A stretch of DNA of 64,000 nucleotides from Vulcanimicrobiota bacterium (GTDB taxonomy: Bacteria > Vulcanimicrobiota > Vulcanimicrobiia > Vulcanimicrobiales > Vulcanimicrobiaceae), in assembly GCA_963745145.1 (NCBI GenBank), contig CAVUWE010000002.1, positions 1,009,780 through 1,073,779 on the forward strand, written 5' to 3'. This document shows, in pieces, positions 27,809-36,269 of this stretch (position 1 is the stretch's first letter; every line of letters starts with the position of its first letter). A program made the translations under genes and the position numbers. The notes beneath the pieces were generated by a model. The model was not told the DNA's origin and did no database searches. It saw only the letters and a program-made list of their open reading frames with translations.

Positions 27809-29912
27809 ATGATCACGCAGCCGCATCCGAAGCAGGCAACGGTTCCTGCAGTGACGCTCGACGATCCGTCGCTCTACATCAGCCGCGAGCTCTCGTGGCT
27901 GGAGTTCAACGATCGCGTTCTCGAGGAGGGGCTCGATGCGCGCAACCCCCTGCTCGAGCGCCTGAAGTTCGTGGCGATCTACGGGACCAACCTTGACGAG
28001 TTCTTCATGATCCGAGTCGCCGCGATCAAGCAGCAGATCGAGGCGCAAGTCGTGCGGCGTTCCGAGGATGGCCGCACGCCGACCGAGCATCTCGAAGCGA
28101 TCTCCAAGCGGTTGCGCGCGTCGTTGCCGCAGCAGATGAAGCTGCTCAACGAAAACGTGCTGCCCTCGCTCGAGCGTGAACGCATTCGGCTGATGCGAGT
28201 CGCCGAGCTCGACGACGAGACACAGGCCGCCCTCGAGCGGACGTTCGACGAGTCGGTCTTTCCGGTGCTGACGCCGCTCGCGGTCGATAGCGGCCATCCG
28301 TTCCCATACATTTCCAACCTCTCGCTCTCGCTTGCGGTCGAGCTCGAGGAAGCGACGCGCGACGGCATCGAGCTGCACTTCGCGCGGGTGAAAATTCCGC
28401 CGACGCTACCCCGATTCGTGCCGGTCGAGGGCAGCGCCGCCGGCGAGCGCCGTTTCGTGCTGCTCGAGGATTTGATCGCGCATCATCTCGATGGCCTCTT
28501 CCCGGGCATGCACGTACGCGACTCGTACCTGTTCCGGGTGACGCGCGACGCCGATCTCGATTTGCAGGAAGAACGAAGCCGACGACCTCTTGCGCGCGAT
28601 CGAGTCGGAGTTGCGGCGGCGCCGCTTCGGCGAACCGGTGCGCCTCGAAATCGAGCGCGGCATGCCCGAGTACATGCGGGATTTCCTTTGCAATTCGCTC
28701 GAGCTCGAGCCGGTGGACTGTTACGAGATCGAGGGTTTGATGGCGCTGAGCGACCTATGGCAGATCGTGAATCTGCCCGGTTACGAGACGTTGCGCGACC
28801 GGCCGTTCATGCCGGCCATCCCGAAGCGCCTGATCGGGGTCAGCGACATCTTCACGCAGATTCGCGAAGGCGACATCCTGCTGCACCATCCGTACGACTC
28901 GTTCGACCCGGTGATTCAGTTCTTGCAGAAGGCCGCCGAGGATCCGAAGGTCCTCGCCATCAAGGCGACGCTCTACCGGACGTCGGGCAAGAACTCCCCG
29001 ATCGTGCGAGCGCTGCTCACGGCGGCCGAGAACGAGAAACAGGTCGCGGTGATCATCGAACTCAAGGCGCGGTTCGACGAAGAGAACAACATCGAGTGGG
29101 CGAAGCGGCTCGAGCGCGCCGGCGCTCACGTCGTCTATGGCTTCGCGAACCAAAAGGTGCACGCGAAGACGCTGCTGGTCGTGCGCGAAGACGAAGACGG
29201 GCTGCGCCGGTACATGCATTTCGGGACCGGTAACTACAACGAAAAGACCGCTCTGCTGTATACCGACCTGAGCCTCTTCACGGCACGGCCCGAGCTGGGT
29301 GCCGACGATACGCAGCTCTTCAACGCCCTGACCGGCTTCTCGAAGGTAACCGACTACGAGGATCTATGGGTCGCGCCCGTTACGTTCCACCGGGAACTGA
29401 TCGCGCGGATCGACCGGGAAACGGACCACGCGCGTGCCGGCCGGCCGGCCGGGATTCGCGCGAAGATCAACGCGATCACCGAAGGAGACGTCGTCCGCGC
29501 GCTCTATCGCGCGTCACAGGCCGGCGTGCCGATCGACCTGCTCGTTCGCGGGATGTGCGTGCTGCGCCCCGGCGTTCCGGGCGTGAGCGAGAACATCCGC
29601 GTCCGCAGCATCGTTGGTCGCTTTCTGGAGCACTCGCGGATCTACGTATTCGAAAATGGCGGCGAACGCGAGACTCATATCGCGAGCGCGGATTGGATGG
29701 GACGCAACCTCGACCGGCGCGTCGAGCTCGCGGTTCCCGTCCTCGACCCCGTGACGGCCGAAACGATCGCAACGCACATCCTTACGGTGCTGCTCGCGGA
29801 CAACGTCAAGAGCCGCGAGCTCCACGCGGACGGCCGCTACCGAAGGCTCTCGCCCGGATCCGGCGAGATGCCGATCGACGCGCAGCGCGTCTTTCTCACG
29901 CAGGCATCTTAG
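27809..29912 (+). pseudogene. ppk1: polyphosphate kinase 1, reading frame broken by a +1 shift at about 28574
   Basis: N-terminal ORF: YISRELSWLEFNDRVLEE...RVTRDADLDLQEE. C-terminal ORF in the +1 frame: EADDLLRAIESELRRRRFGEPVRLEI... through both PLD-like domains (KVHAKTLLV, FLEHSRIYVF). Together they make about 700 aa. Confidence 0.88.
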
Positions 29913-30360
29913 AAAGCTCCAGGACGATCTTCCACTCGTGCGGCATCACCGGCTGCACCGAGAGGCGCTGCCCGCGCCGCAGCAACGCCATGCCGACGAG
30001 TCTCGGGTCTGCGCGCAGCCGCGCCAGCGTCACCGGATGTGCGAACTCCTCGACGTAGGCGACGTCGACCATAAACCAGATCGGCTTCTCGCTCTTAGCA
30101 CGGCCGTCGAAATATTCGCTCGAGCGATCGAACTGCGTAAAATCGGGATAGGCGCTCTTCGAGACCTTGCAGATGCCCATCGCGGCCGGTTCAGCGATGC
30201 TCGAGTGGTAGAAGAGCGCGAGATCGCCGACCCGCATCTCCATCATGTTGTTACGCGCCTGGAAGTTGCGAACGCCGGTCCATGGCGTCGTTCCGTCGGC
30301 GCGGAGCTGCTCGGATGAGTAGGCGGTCGGTTCGGTTTTCAGCAGCCAGTGGCGGGGCAT
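29896..30360 (-). CDS. EVE (PUA-like) domain protein
   Basis: HWLLKTEP...WTGVRNFQARNNMMEMRVGDLALFYHS matches the EVE/DUF55 signature. The ATG 30360 start overlaps the upstream stop (TAATG). Confidence 0.8.
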   Translation of the reverse strand: MPRHWLLKTEPTAYSSEQLRADGTTPWTGVRNFQARNNMMEMRVGDLALFYHSSIAEPAAMGICKVSKSAYPDFTQFDRSSEYFDGRAKSEKPIWFMVDVAYVEEFAHPVTLARLRADPRLVGMALLRRGQRLSVQPVMPHEWKIVLELSKMPA

Positions 30361-31334
30361 TACCCGCCGACGCTCACCGTTACTGCGGCCATGTGGCTCG
30401 ACAGCTGAACCTTGTTCGTGATTTTTCCGCCGTCGGGATACTTCCAAGTGACGAGCTCGGAGTACGGCGTTGCGAGGATCGCATCGCCGTCGATCCACGA
30501 GCTGCCTGAGACTTTCTCAGGCCAGTTCTTGAACTCGACGGTGCCGACGACCTTGGCCGTCGATCCCGAGACCTGCAGGCGAAAGACGCGTTCCCACAGC
30601 TTCTCGCCGTTGTGCTGCCTCAGGTTGAAAGCTTGGAGCGCCCAGTACGTGCCGTCCCACTGAAGGTGTCGCGCGTTTCCGAGCGTCCGGTTGAACGTGA
30701 TCGTCTTGAAGGAGCTCTTGCCGGCGGGAATCTGCGCCGCGACGTTGTCGCCGCTGCTGACGAGGAGATTGCCGCTGCCGTCATAGCCGCACTGCGGGTC
30801 CGCGCCGAGCACCGAACTCGTAACGACGTTCGGCGTGCCGGCCGCGCCTGTGTAGATCGCCACGCTCGGAGCGTAGCTCGCATTGCTCTGCATGGTAACG
30901 GCGAGATTTCCCGAGACGGGGTCGCTCGCGCAATCCATCGGCATCTCGCCGGAGGGAACGTTCAGCGACGCGATGGGCGTCGTGCCGCCGTGCGCGTACT
31001 CGTCGACGTAACCGGTGCCGTCGGACGACGATTTCTTGGGCGCTTGCGTAACGAAGACGTTTCCGGAGGCGTCGGAGCAGATCGCGCTGACCGCGCCCTG
31101 CGTCTTGAAGGTTCCCTGGGACGCGAAGCCCGGATACGTGAGAACCTCGACCGTGTGGGTTCCGCCGACGTAGAGAAGGTCGCCGCTCGTTGCGCGATGG
31201 GTGCGTATCGATGCACTCTGCTGTGCGGGGGCGGCGGGGTTGAGCGCCGGCTGCGCAGCGCTGCATGCCGCGAGCATCGTCGCGACCGCGCTCAGGCATA
31301 CCGCATGGCGCGCCGTATAAGAAATCGTTCGCAT
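30360..31334 (-). CDS. lipoprotein, hypothetical (beta-rich, propeller-like)
   Basis: Lipobox MLAAC. 324 aa, Ser/Gly/Thr-rich beta pattern. Confidence 0.55.
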   Translation of the reverse strand: MRTISYTARHAVCLSAVATMLAACSAAQPALNPAAPAQQSASIRTHRATSGDLLYVGGTHTVEVLTYPGFASQGTFKTQGAVSAICSDASGNVFVTQAPKKSSSDGTGYVDEYAHGGTTPIASLNVPSGEMPMDCASDPVSGNLAVTMQSNASYAPSVAIYTGAAGTPNVVTSSVLGADPQCGYDGSGNLLVSSGDNVAAQIPAGKSSFKTITFNRTLGNARHLQWDGTYWALQAFNLRQHNGEKLWERVFRLQVSGSTAKVVGTVEFKNWPEKVSGSSWIDGDAILATPYSELVTWKYPDGGKITNKVQLSSHMAAVTVSVGG

Positions 31335-31404
31335 GACGGCGGTTCTTCGCGGATTGCCGAGCAGGCCCTGGCCGCGCCCACCGACGGTGTGCTATCGTGA
31401 GCGG

Positions 31405-31887
31405 ATGCACCGGCGAGTAGTTCGAGCGAACACACACGGCTGGGAGGGCGTCGAGCCCGCCGGCTATACTCCACAGGCAACCGAAACGGGCGTTGCCCGC
31501 CATACGATCGTCGGGCAGCGCAAGGCCGACTCAAGCGAGCCTGGGCCGCAGATGGAACTGCGCTACTTCGAAGTTCAACCGGGTGCCGCGTCGCGTCTGG
31601 AAAAACACGAACACGAACACTACGTCATCGTCCGCCGTGGTCTCGGCTACGCGATCATCGGTGACACGGCGAGCGAGATCGGTCCGAACGACGTCGTCTA
31701 CGTCGGCCCGCTCGAGTTGCACCAGTTCGTCAATCGCGGCGATGAGCCGTTCGGATTCTACTGTTTCGTCGACACGTGCCGTGATTTTTCGCAGCAGCCC
31801 ACGCGCGACGAGCTCGCGCGCCTCGAAGCGTCACCAGCCGGAGCGGTTGCCAAGCCCTTCGCGGTGCCGCCCCCGGCAAAGCGCTAG
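31405..31887 (+). CDS. cupin-domain protein
   Basis: Contains LEKHEHEHYVIVRRGLG...VVYVGPLELHQFVN (cupin motifs 1 and 2). ATG at 31405. Confidence 0.7.
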   Translation: MHRRVVRANTHGWEGVEPAGYTPQATETGVARHTIVGQRKADSSEPGPQMELRYFEVQPGAASRLEKHEHEHYVIVRRGLGYAIIGDTASEIGPNDVVYVGPLELHQFVNRGDEPFGFYCFVDTCRDFSQQPTRDELARLEASPAGAVAKPFAVPPPAKR

Positions 31888-32074
31888 AGGATCGTAGCTT
31901 GCCGCGCTAGGCGCGGCGCCCCAGCGAAGCCTCTGACTTTTTCGGGCCAGCCATGGATGGCTGCTTCAAAACTTCGTTCTCCCGAAAAAGCAGCGGAGCA
32001 GGAGCGCCACAAGGATGTGGCGCGACGAGCGTCTTCGCTGGGGCGCCGCGCCTAGCGCGGCAAGCTACGATCCT
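31888..32074. repeat. nested palindromic element: perfect 42-bp inverted arms (each GTAG plus a 7-bp GC hairpin) around a 103-nt structured spacer; REPIN/MITE-like
   Basis: 31888-31929 is the exact reverse complement of 32033-32074 (42/42, checked base by base). Each arm contains GCCGCGC-tag-GCGCGGC. The spacer has three more hairpins. Confidence 0.85.
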
Positions 32075-32907
32075 GTCTCGATTGGGCGCGACGGGTCTGA
32101 GACCCACTCGCTCCACGATCCGTTGTAGATGCGCGAGCCTTCGAGGCCCGCGTGGACCATTGCGAGGTGGTTCACGGCCGACGAAACACCGGAGCCGCAC
32201 TGGTGCACGGTGCGTCTGGGATCGAAGCCGGCTTGCGCGAATTCCTCGCGGAGGCGTTCGGGCGCCTTGAGTTTTCCGTCGGGCTCGAAGTTCTGTTTGA
32301 ACCAGCGCTGCTTCGCGCCGGGGATGTGCCCGGCGACCGGATCGATCGGTTCCGTCTCGCCGGAGTAGCGATCTTTCGCCCGCGCATCGAGCAGATGCAT
32401 GTCGGGGCTTCCGAGATGCCCGCGCACGTACTCGACGTCGGCGAGATACTCGGGACGCAGGCGGACCGTCAGCGCGCCTTGGCGTTCCGCGCGAGCGGGC
32501 GCCGCGGTGACGGGATATCCGAGCGCCGACCACGCCGCGAAGCCGCCGTCGAGAACGGCGACTGCATCGTGACCGATCCAACGGGCGAGAAACCACAGAC
32601 GCGGCGCGAACATATCGGCGCCGCCGTCATACGCGATGATCTGCGAGCCGTCGGCGGCGCCGGCGGCGCGCAGGAAGCGCGCGAACGTTTGCGGATCGGG
32701 CAGCGGGTGCCGCCCGTTCCTACCGGTTTTCGGTCCGGCGAGATCGTCTTCGACCGCGGCAAAGAAGGCGCCCGGCAGATGCGACTCGTCGTAGAGACTG
32801 CGGCCAAGCTCAAAGGCGCCGAGCGAATGGCGGCAATCGAGAAGGACGAGTTGCGGATCGCCGAGCAGTTCGTACAGCGATTCGGGAGAGATGACCGTCG
32901 TGAACAC
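32065..32907 (-). CDS. sseA: two-domain rhodanese sulfurtransferase (3-mercaptopyruvate/thiosulfate type)
   Basis: Active-site loop HQCGSGVSS and tandem rhodanese domains. GTG 32907 lies 1 nt after the grx stop. Confidence 0.8.
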   Translation of the reverse strand: MFTTVISPESLYELLGDPQLVLLDCRHSLGAFELGRSLYDESHLPGAFFAAVEDDLAGPKTGRNGRHPLPDPQTFARFLRAAGAADGSQIIAYDGGADMFAPRLWFLARWIGHDAVAVLDGGFAAWSALGYPVTAAPARAERQGALTVRLRPEYLADVEYVRGHLGSPDMHLLDARAKDRYSGETEPIDPVAGHIPGAKQRWFKQNFEPDGKLKAPERLREEFAQAGFDPRRTVHQCGSGVSSAVNHLAMVHAGLEGSRIYNGSWSEWVSDPSRPIETGS

Positions 32908-32908
32908 G

Positions 32909-33268
32909 CTAACGAAGGTTAATGGTCTGCTTCTGCTCGGGGCGCGCGCCTCCAAAGGCGTCCGCAAGTTTGGCTTGCAACTCGCCGCTTTGCGCCATCG
33001 GGGCGAGGACGTCGGTGTCGCCGTAGAACGTGCCGCCGATGAAGATCTTCGGCAGCGTCGGCCAGTTGGTCATCTCCGAGAGCGCTTCGCGTTTCGGGAG
33101 GTTCTCCAGGACGTCGACCACTTCGAACGGATAGCCGAATCCGTCGAAGAACTGGATCGTTTCCAGGGTGAACCCGCACCGCGGGGCGGTTTTCGTTCCC
33201 TTCCCGTAGACGAGAATGGTGTTCGCGGCGATTTCGCGCGCTATCTCTTCGCTATAGTCGGTGGGCAT
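32909..33268 (-). CDS. grxD: monothiol glutaredoxin (Grx4/GrxD family, CGFT variant of CGFS)
   Basis: Contains ILVYGKGTKTAPRCGFT...WPTLPKIFIGGTFYGDTD. ATG 33268 is preceded by GGAGGAG. Confidence 0.85.
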   Translation of the reverse strand: MPTDYSEEIAREIAANTILVYGKGTKTAPRCGFTLETIQFFDGFGYPFEVVDVLENLPKREALSEMTNWPTLPKIFIGGTFYGDTDVLAPMAQSGELQAKLADAFGGARPEQKQTINLR

Positions 33269-33269
33269 C

Positions 33270-33506
33270 TCACTCCTCCGCAACGATCGTTTTGAGTTCT
33301 ACGGCATGTACGCGGCCGTCTTTGAGGGCGCCCTTGAGCGCGCCGTACACCAGCTGGTGCTGCTCGATGAGGGTCTTCCCCACGAACGCTTTCGAGCGCA
33401 CCGTCACGTTGAAATGGTCCATCGTTCCGGTGCGATCGAAGATGCCGACCTCCGCGTCCGGGAGGTTGGCGAGAATTAGGTGCGTGAGCGCACTACGCTC
33501 GATCAC
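33270..33506 (-). CDS. bolA: BolA-family protein
   Basis: 78 aa with HFNVTVRSKAFVGKTLIEQHQLVY, typical of BolA. Adjacent to the monothiol Grx gene. Confidence 0.85.
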   Translation of the reverse strand: MIERSALTHLILANLPDAEVGIFDRTGTMDHFNVTVRSKAFVGKTLIEQHQLVYGALKGALKDGRVHAVELKTIVAEE

Positions 33507-33673
33507 GATTTGAGCCGCGGTGCCCGAGCGTTCAAGGCTTCGGCGAGACCGCGCGCCTCGCCGAGCGTTTCCGGAAGACGAGTCGCGCCCTTCGCGAGTG
33601 CGGCCGTGACGCCGCTTGCCAAAACGACGCCGGTTACGCCGAGCAGAATCGCGGGAACTCCGCTCGCCCGCAA
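33503..33673 (-). CDS. unlisted small membrane protein (56 aa) translationally coupled to bolA
   Basis: Hand translation gives MRASGVPAILLGVTGVVLASGVTAALAKGATRLPETLGEARGLAEALNARAPRLKS. High GC3. The stop overlaps the bolA GTG (GTGA). It falls below the track's length cut-off. Confidence 0.45.
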   Translation of the reverse strand: MRASGVPAILLGVTGVVLASGVTAALAKGATRLPETLGEARGLAEALNARAPRLKS

Positions 33674-33825
33674 CGGCCCGACTTCGATTTTGAAGGTCCG
33701 CTGCAGGCGCGCGAGCCCGCGAAAGAACGCGCGAAACCCCTGGCTCGGTTATTCATCGTCAAGCGTTCTACGTCGGGTTGCGGAGGAAGGCCTGGTCAGC
33801 CCGAGTGGGCGAACCCAACCCGGCT

Positions 33826-36261
33826 ATGCTGCCCTTCCTTGTTGCCGCATGCTGCCTGATCGGCGGCACCGTGCACGCTCCGAGCGGCGCACCGATCGCT
33901 CACGCGCAGCTGACCCTGCGCGGCCCCAAGACCGTCGCGACGACAAGCGACGCGCGGGGAGTCTTTTCCATCGAGATTCCGCCTGGTCGCTACGACCTCA
34001 CCGTCGTGGCACGCGGCTACGCCGCGGTGACCGTCAACACCGGCGAGGTCGGCGAGGGCGCGCGTGTCGACGTCGTGCTGGAGCCGAGCGACGCGCCGAA
34101 GCTGCGAACGATCGGGCAGGTCACCGTCAACGGGGGTTTCACGCTCGACCGCAACGTCATCCCCGAGATGAGCGTCTCGCGCACGGAGATGGACGCGCTC
34201 GGATACACGCAGGTGCTCGAAGCGCTGCAACAAGTGCCATCCGTCGTGATCCAGCATCCCGATTCTGCGGCTCCGACGACACCGGCGGTCGTGTCGCTGC
34301 GTGGCCCGGATCCTTCGGAAGCGATGGTGACGCTCGACGGCCAGCAGCTCAACGACGGGAACACCGGCGATATCGACCTCTCGCAGTTCGGCGTGCCGGC
34401 GTTCAACAGCGTCAGCGTCACCGAGGGCCTCGGGCCGACCGATGCGGAGGGCAGCAACACTTTCGGCGGCGCGGTGAACCTCGTTTCGGTGCGGCCGACG
34501 CAACAGGATCACTTCGACCTTTCCACGTCAGCCGGCTCGTACGGCACGACCCAGAGCTGGGCCAACGCCACTGGGACGGTGGGCAAGCTCGGCTACGCGC
34601 TCGCCGGCAACGATTTCCAGCAGACCGGCCAAGTGAACGAGTACGACTGGGTGGTCCCCGCGAATAATTTGCCGATCTACTGCGGGCCCGCGACGAAGAC
34701 GAAGACGCCGAACTGCCCGTTCCACGCGCACCTCGGCTCGTCGATTGCGGCGATGCTCGGTATGGTCAACCTCGACTATAATTTTTCGCAGCGCGCCGAC
34801 GTCGGCTTCCGGCTCTTCACGCTCGGCGACAATCGCGACGAGTCGGGCGCTCTCAACGGCATCGCCGGCAACTCGAGCTGCGTCTTTAGCGGTCCCGGCC
34901 CGGCGTGCGGATTTGGGCCGCCTTCATCGGGGGGGGCGAACGAGGTCGCCAATCCCGTATTCGGCGACCACATCGGCCAAGGGAGCGCGAACTTCGCGCA
35001 GAGCATCCGCGCGTACGACGGCTACGCGCGATCGCCGTTGGGATCGGGAACGCTGCTGGCCGACTTCTACGCGACCGATAACAACATCGACTTCGAGGGC
35101 GGCGGGGTCTCGCCGTACGACGTCTCGCACCTGGACACGCGCTACAACGAAGGCCTGTCGTGGGGACGGACGTTTGACGAGAGCGAGTTCGCGTTCGGCG
35201 GTTACGCGCGCCAAGAATCGCTAACGGGCCTCGGCATCACGCAGACGCAGTCGCAGAGCATCGACTCGTATTTCTTTCGCGGCGCGCAGCAGCTCGGCAG
35301 CAGCCTTCGACTCTCGGGAGGACTCTACGATGCCGACTACTCGACCTTCGGCAACACGCTGAACTGGCGGCTCGGCCTCAGCCAGGATCTCGGCACCTCC
35401 AGCGTCGCGCGCTTCTCGGTCGGCACGGGGTTCCGCGCGCCGCTGCTCGCCGAACTCTTGTTTTTTCCGCCCGTCCTCGTGGACGGCAAGCTGCAGCCGA
35501 ATCCCGCGGCGGGGCCGCTCGATTCCAACTGCGTCGCTCCCAACGGAAATCCGCTCGAGAAGCCGGAGCACGCGACCGAGTATGAGTTAGGCTTCTCACA
35601 TCTCTTTTCGAGCACGTCGAACCTCGACGTCTCCATATACCGTTCGAATCTGCGCGACACTATCGAGAACTTCTATCCGGGCGGCGGCGCCAAGAGCTTC
35701 TGCGGCACGCCGCTCGGCTTCGCGTACGAAATCCCGATCAACATCGGCAACGCCGTCTACGAAGGCGCGGAAGCGCGCTACAAGCAGGCGTTTCCGCGGC
35801 TCAACCTCACGGCGACCTTCTCCTACGGTTTGAACGTCGCGTATCCGTACGCGCTCGGCCCGTTCGTCTCAAATCCCACGTCGGGCGGCACGCTCATCGA
35901 CTACCAGCAGTTTCTGGGCGTTCCTCAACAGCAGGGATCGGCCACGTTCATCTGGGCGCGCAACGGCTGGCACGCGTCGACGGCGCTCACGTTCGCCGGC
36001 AAGAACAATACGCTCAACCACCCGCCGTACACGCTCGTGGACGGAGCGTTCGGCAAGAACTTCGGGCACGTCGACTTCACGATCGCCGCAACGAACATCT
36101 TCAACGCGGCCTCCGGTCCGTTCACGCTGTACGACGCGGGCACCCCGTATCGCGGCCTCTACTCCGGCCCGTCGAACAGCCAGTTCCTCGCCAACGTTCC
36201 CACCGACGCGCTCTACCTCCAGCCGGCTGCGGTGAAGTTCATCATCACCTTCCACGAGTAG
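33826..36261 (+). CDS. TonB-dependent receptor-like outer-membrane protein with an N-terminal carboxypeptidase-regulatory-like domain
   Basis: Signal peptide, CarbopepD_reg-like segment (GVFSIEIPPGRYDLTV), plug motifs (VVSLRGPDPSEAMVTLDGQQLND) and a long beta-barrel region. Confidence 0.8.
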   Translation: MLPFLVAACCLIGGTVHAPSGAPIAHAQLTLRGPKTVATTSDARGVFSIEIPPGRYDLTVVARGYAAVTVNTGEVGEGARVDVVLEPSDAPKLRTIGQVTVNGGFTLDRNVIPEMSVSRTEMDALGYTQVLEALQQVPSVVIQHPDSAAPTTPAVVSLRGPDPSEAMVTLDGQQLNDGNTGDIDLSQFGVPAFNSVSVTEGLGPTDAEGSNTFGGAVNLVSVRPTQQDHFDLSTSAGSYGTTQSWANATGTVGKLGYALAGNDFQQTGQVNEYDWVVPANNLPIYCGPATKTKTPNCPFHAHLGSSIAAMLGMVNLDYNFSQRADVGFRLFTLGDNRDESGALNGIAGNSSCVFSGPGPACGFGPPSSGGANEVANPVFGDHIGQGSANFAQSIRAYDGYARSPLGSGTLLADFYATDNNIDFEGGGVSPYDVSHLDTRYNEGLSWGRTFDESEFAFGGYARQESLTGLGITQTQSQSIDSYFFRGAQQLGSSLRLSGGLYDADYSTFGNTLNWRLGLSQDLGTSSVARFSVGTGFRAPLLAELLFFPPVLVDGKLQPNPAAGPLDSNCVAPNGNPLEKPEHATEYELGFSHLFSSTSNLDVSIYRSNLRDTIENFYPGGGAKSFCGTPLGFAYEIPINIGNAVYEGAEARYKQAFPRLNLTATFSYGLNVAYPYALGPFVSNPTSGGTLIDYQQFLGVPQQQGSATFIWARNGWHASTALTFAGKNNTLNHPPYTLVDGAFGKNFGHVDFTIAATNIFNAASGPFTLYDAGTPYRGLYSGPSNSQFLANVPTDALYLQPAAVKFIITFHE

Positions 36262-36269
36262 TGGCGACG

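Noticed and set aside
33507-33825. A possible cobalamin or other riboswitch in the 320-bp leader of the TonB-dependent receptor.
   Set aside because: I could find neither a B12-box (AGYCMGGAGACCKGCC-like) nor any other riboswitch core. Much of the region is better explained by the minus-strand small ORF coupled to bolA.
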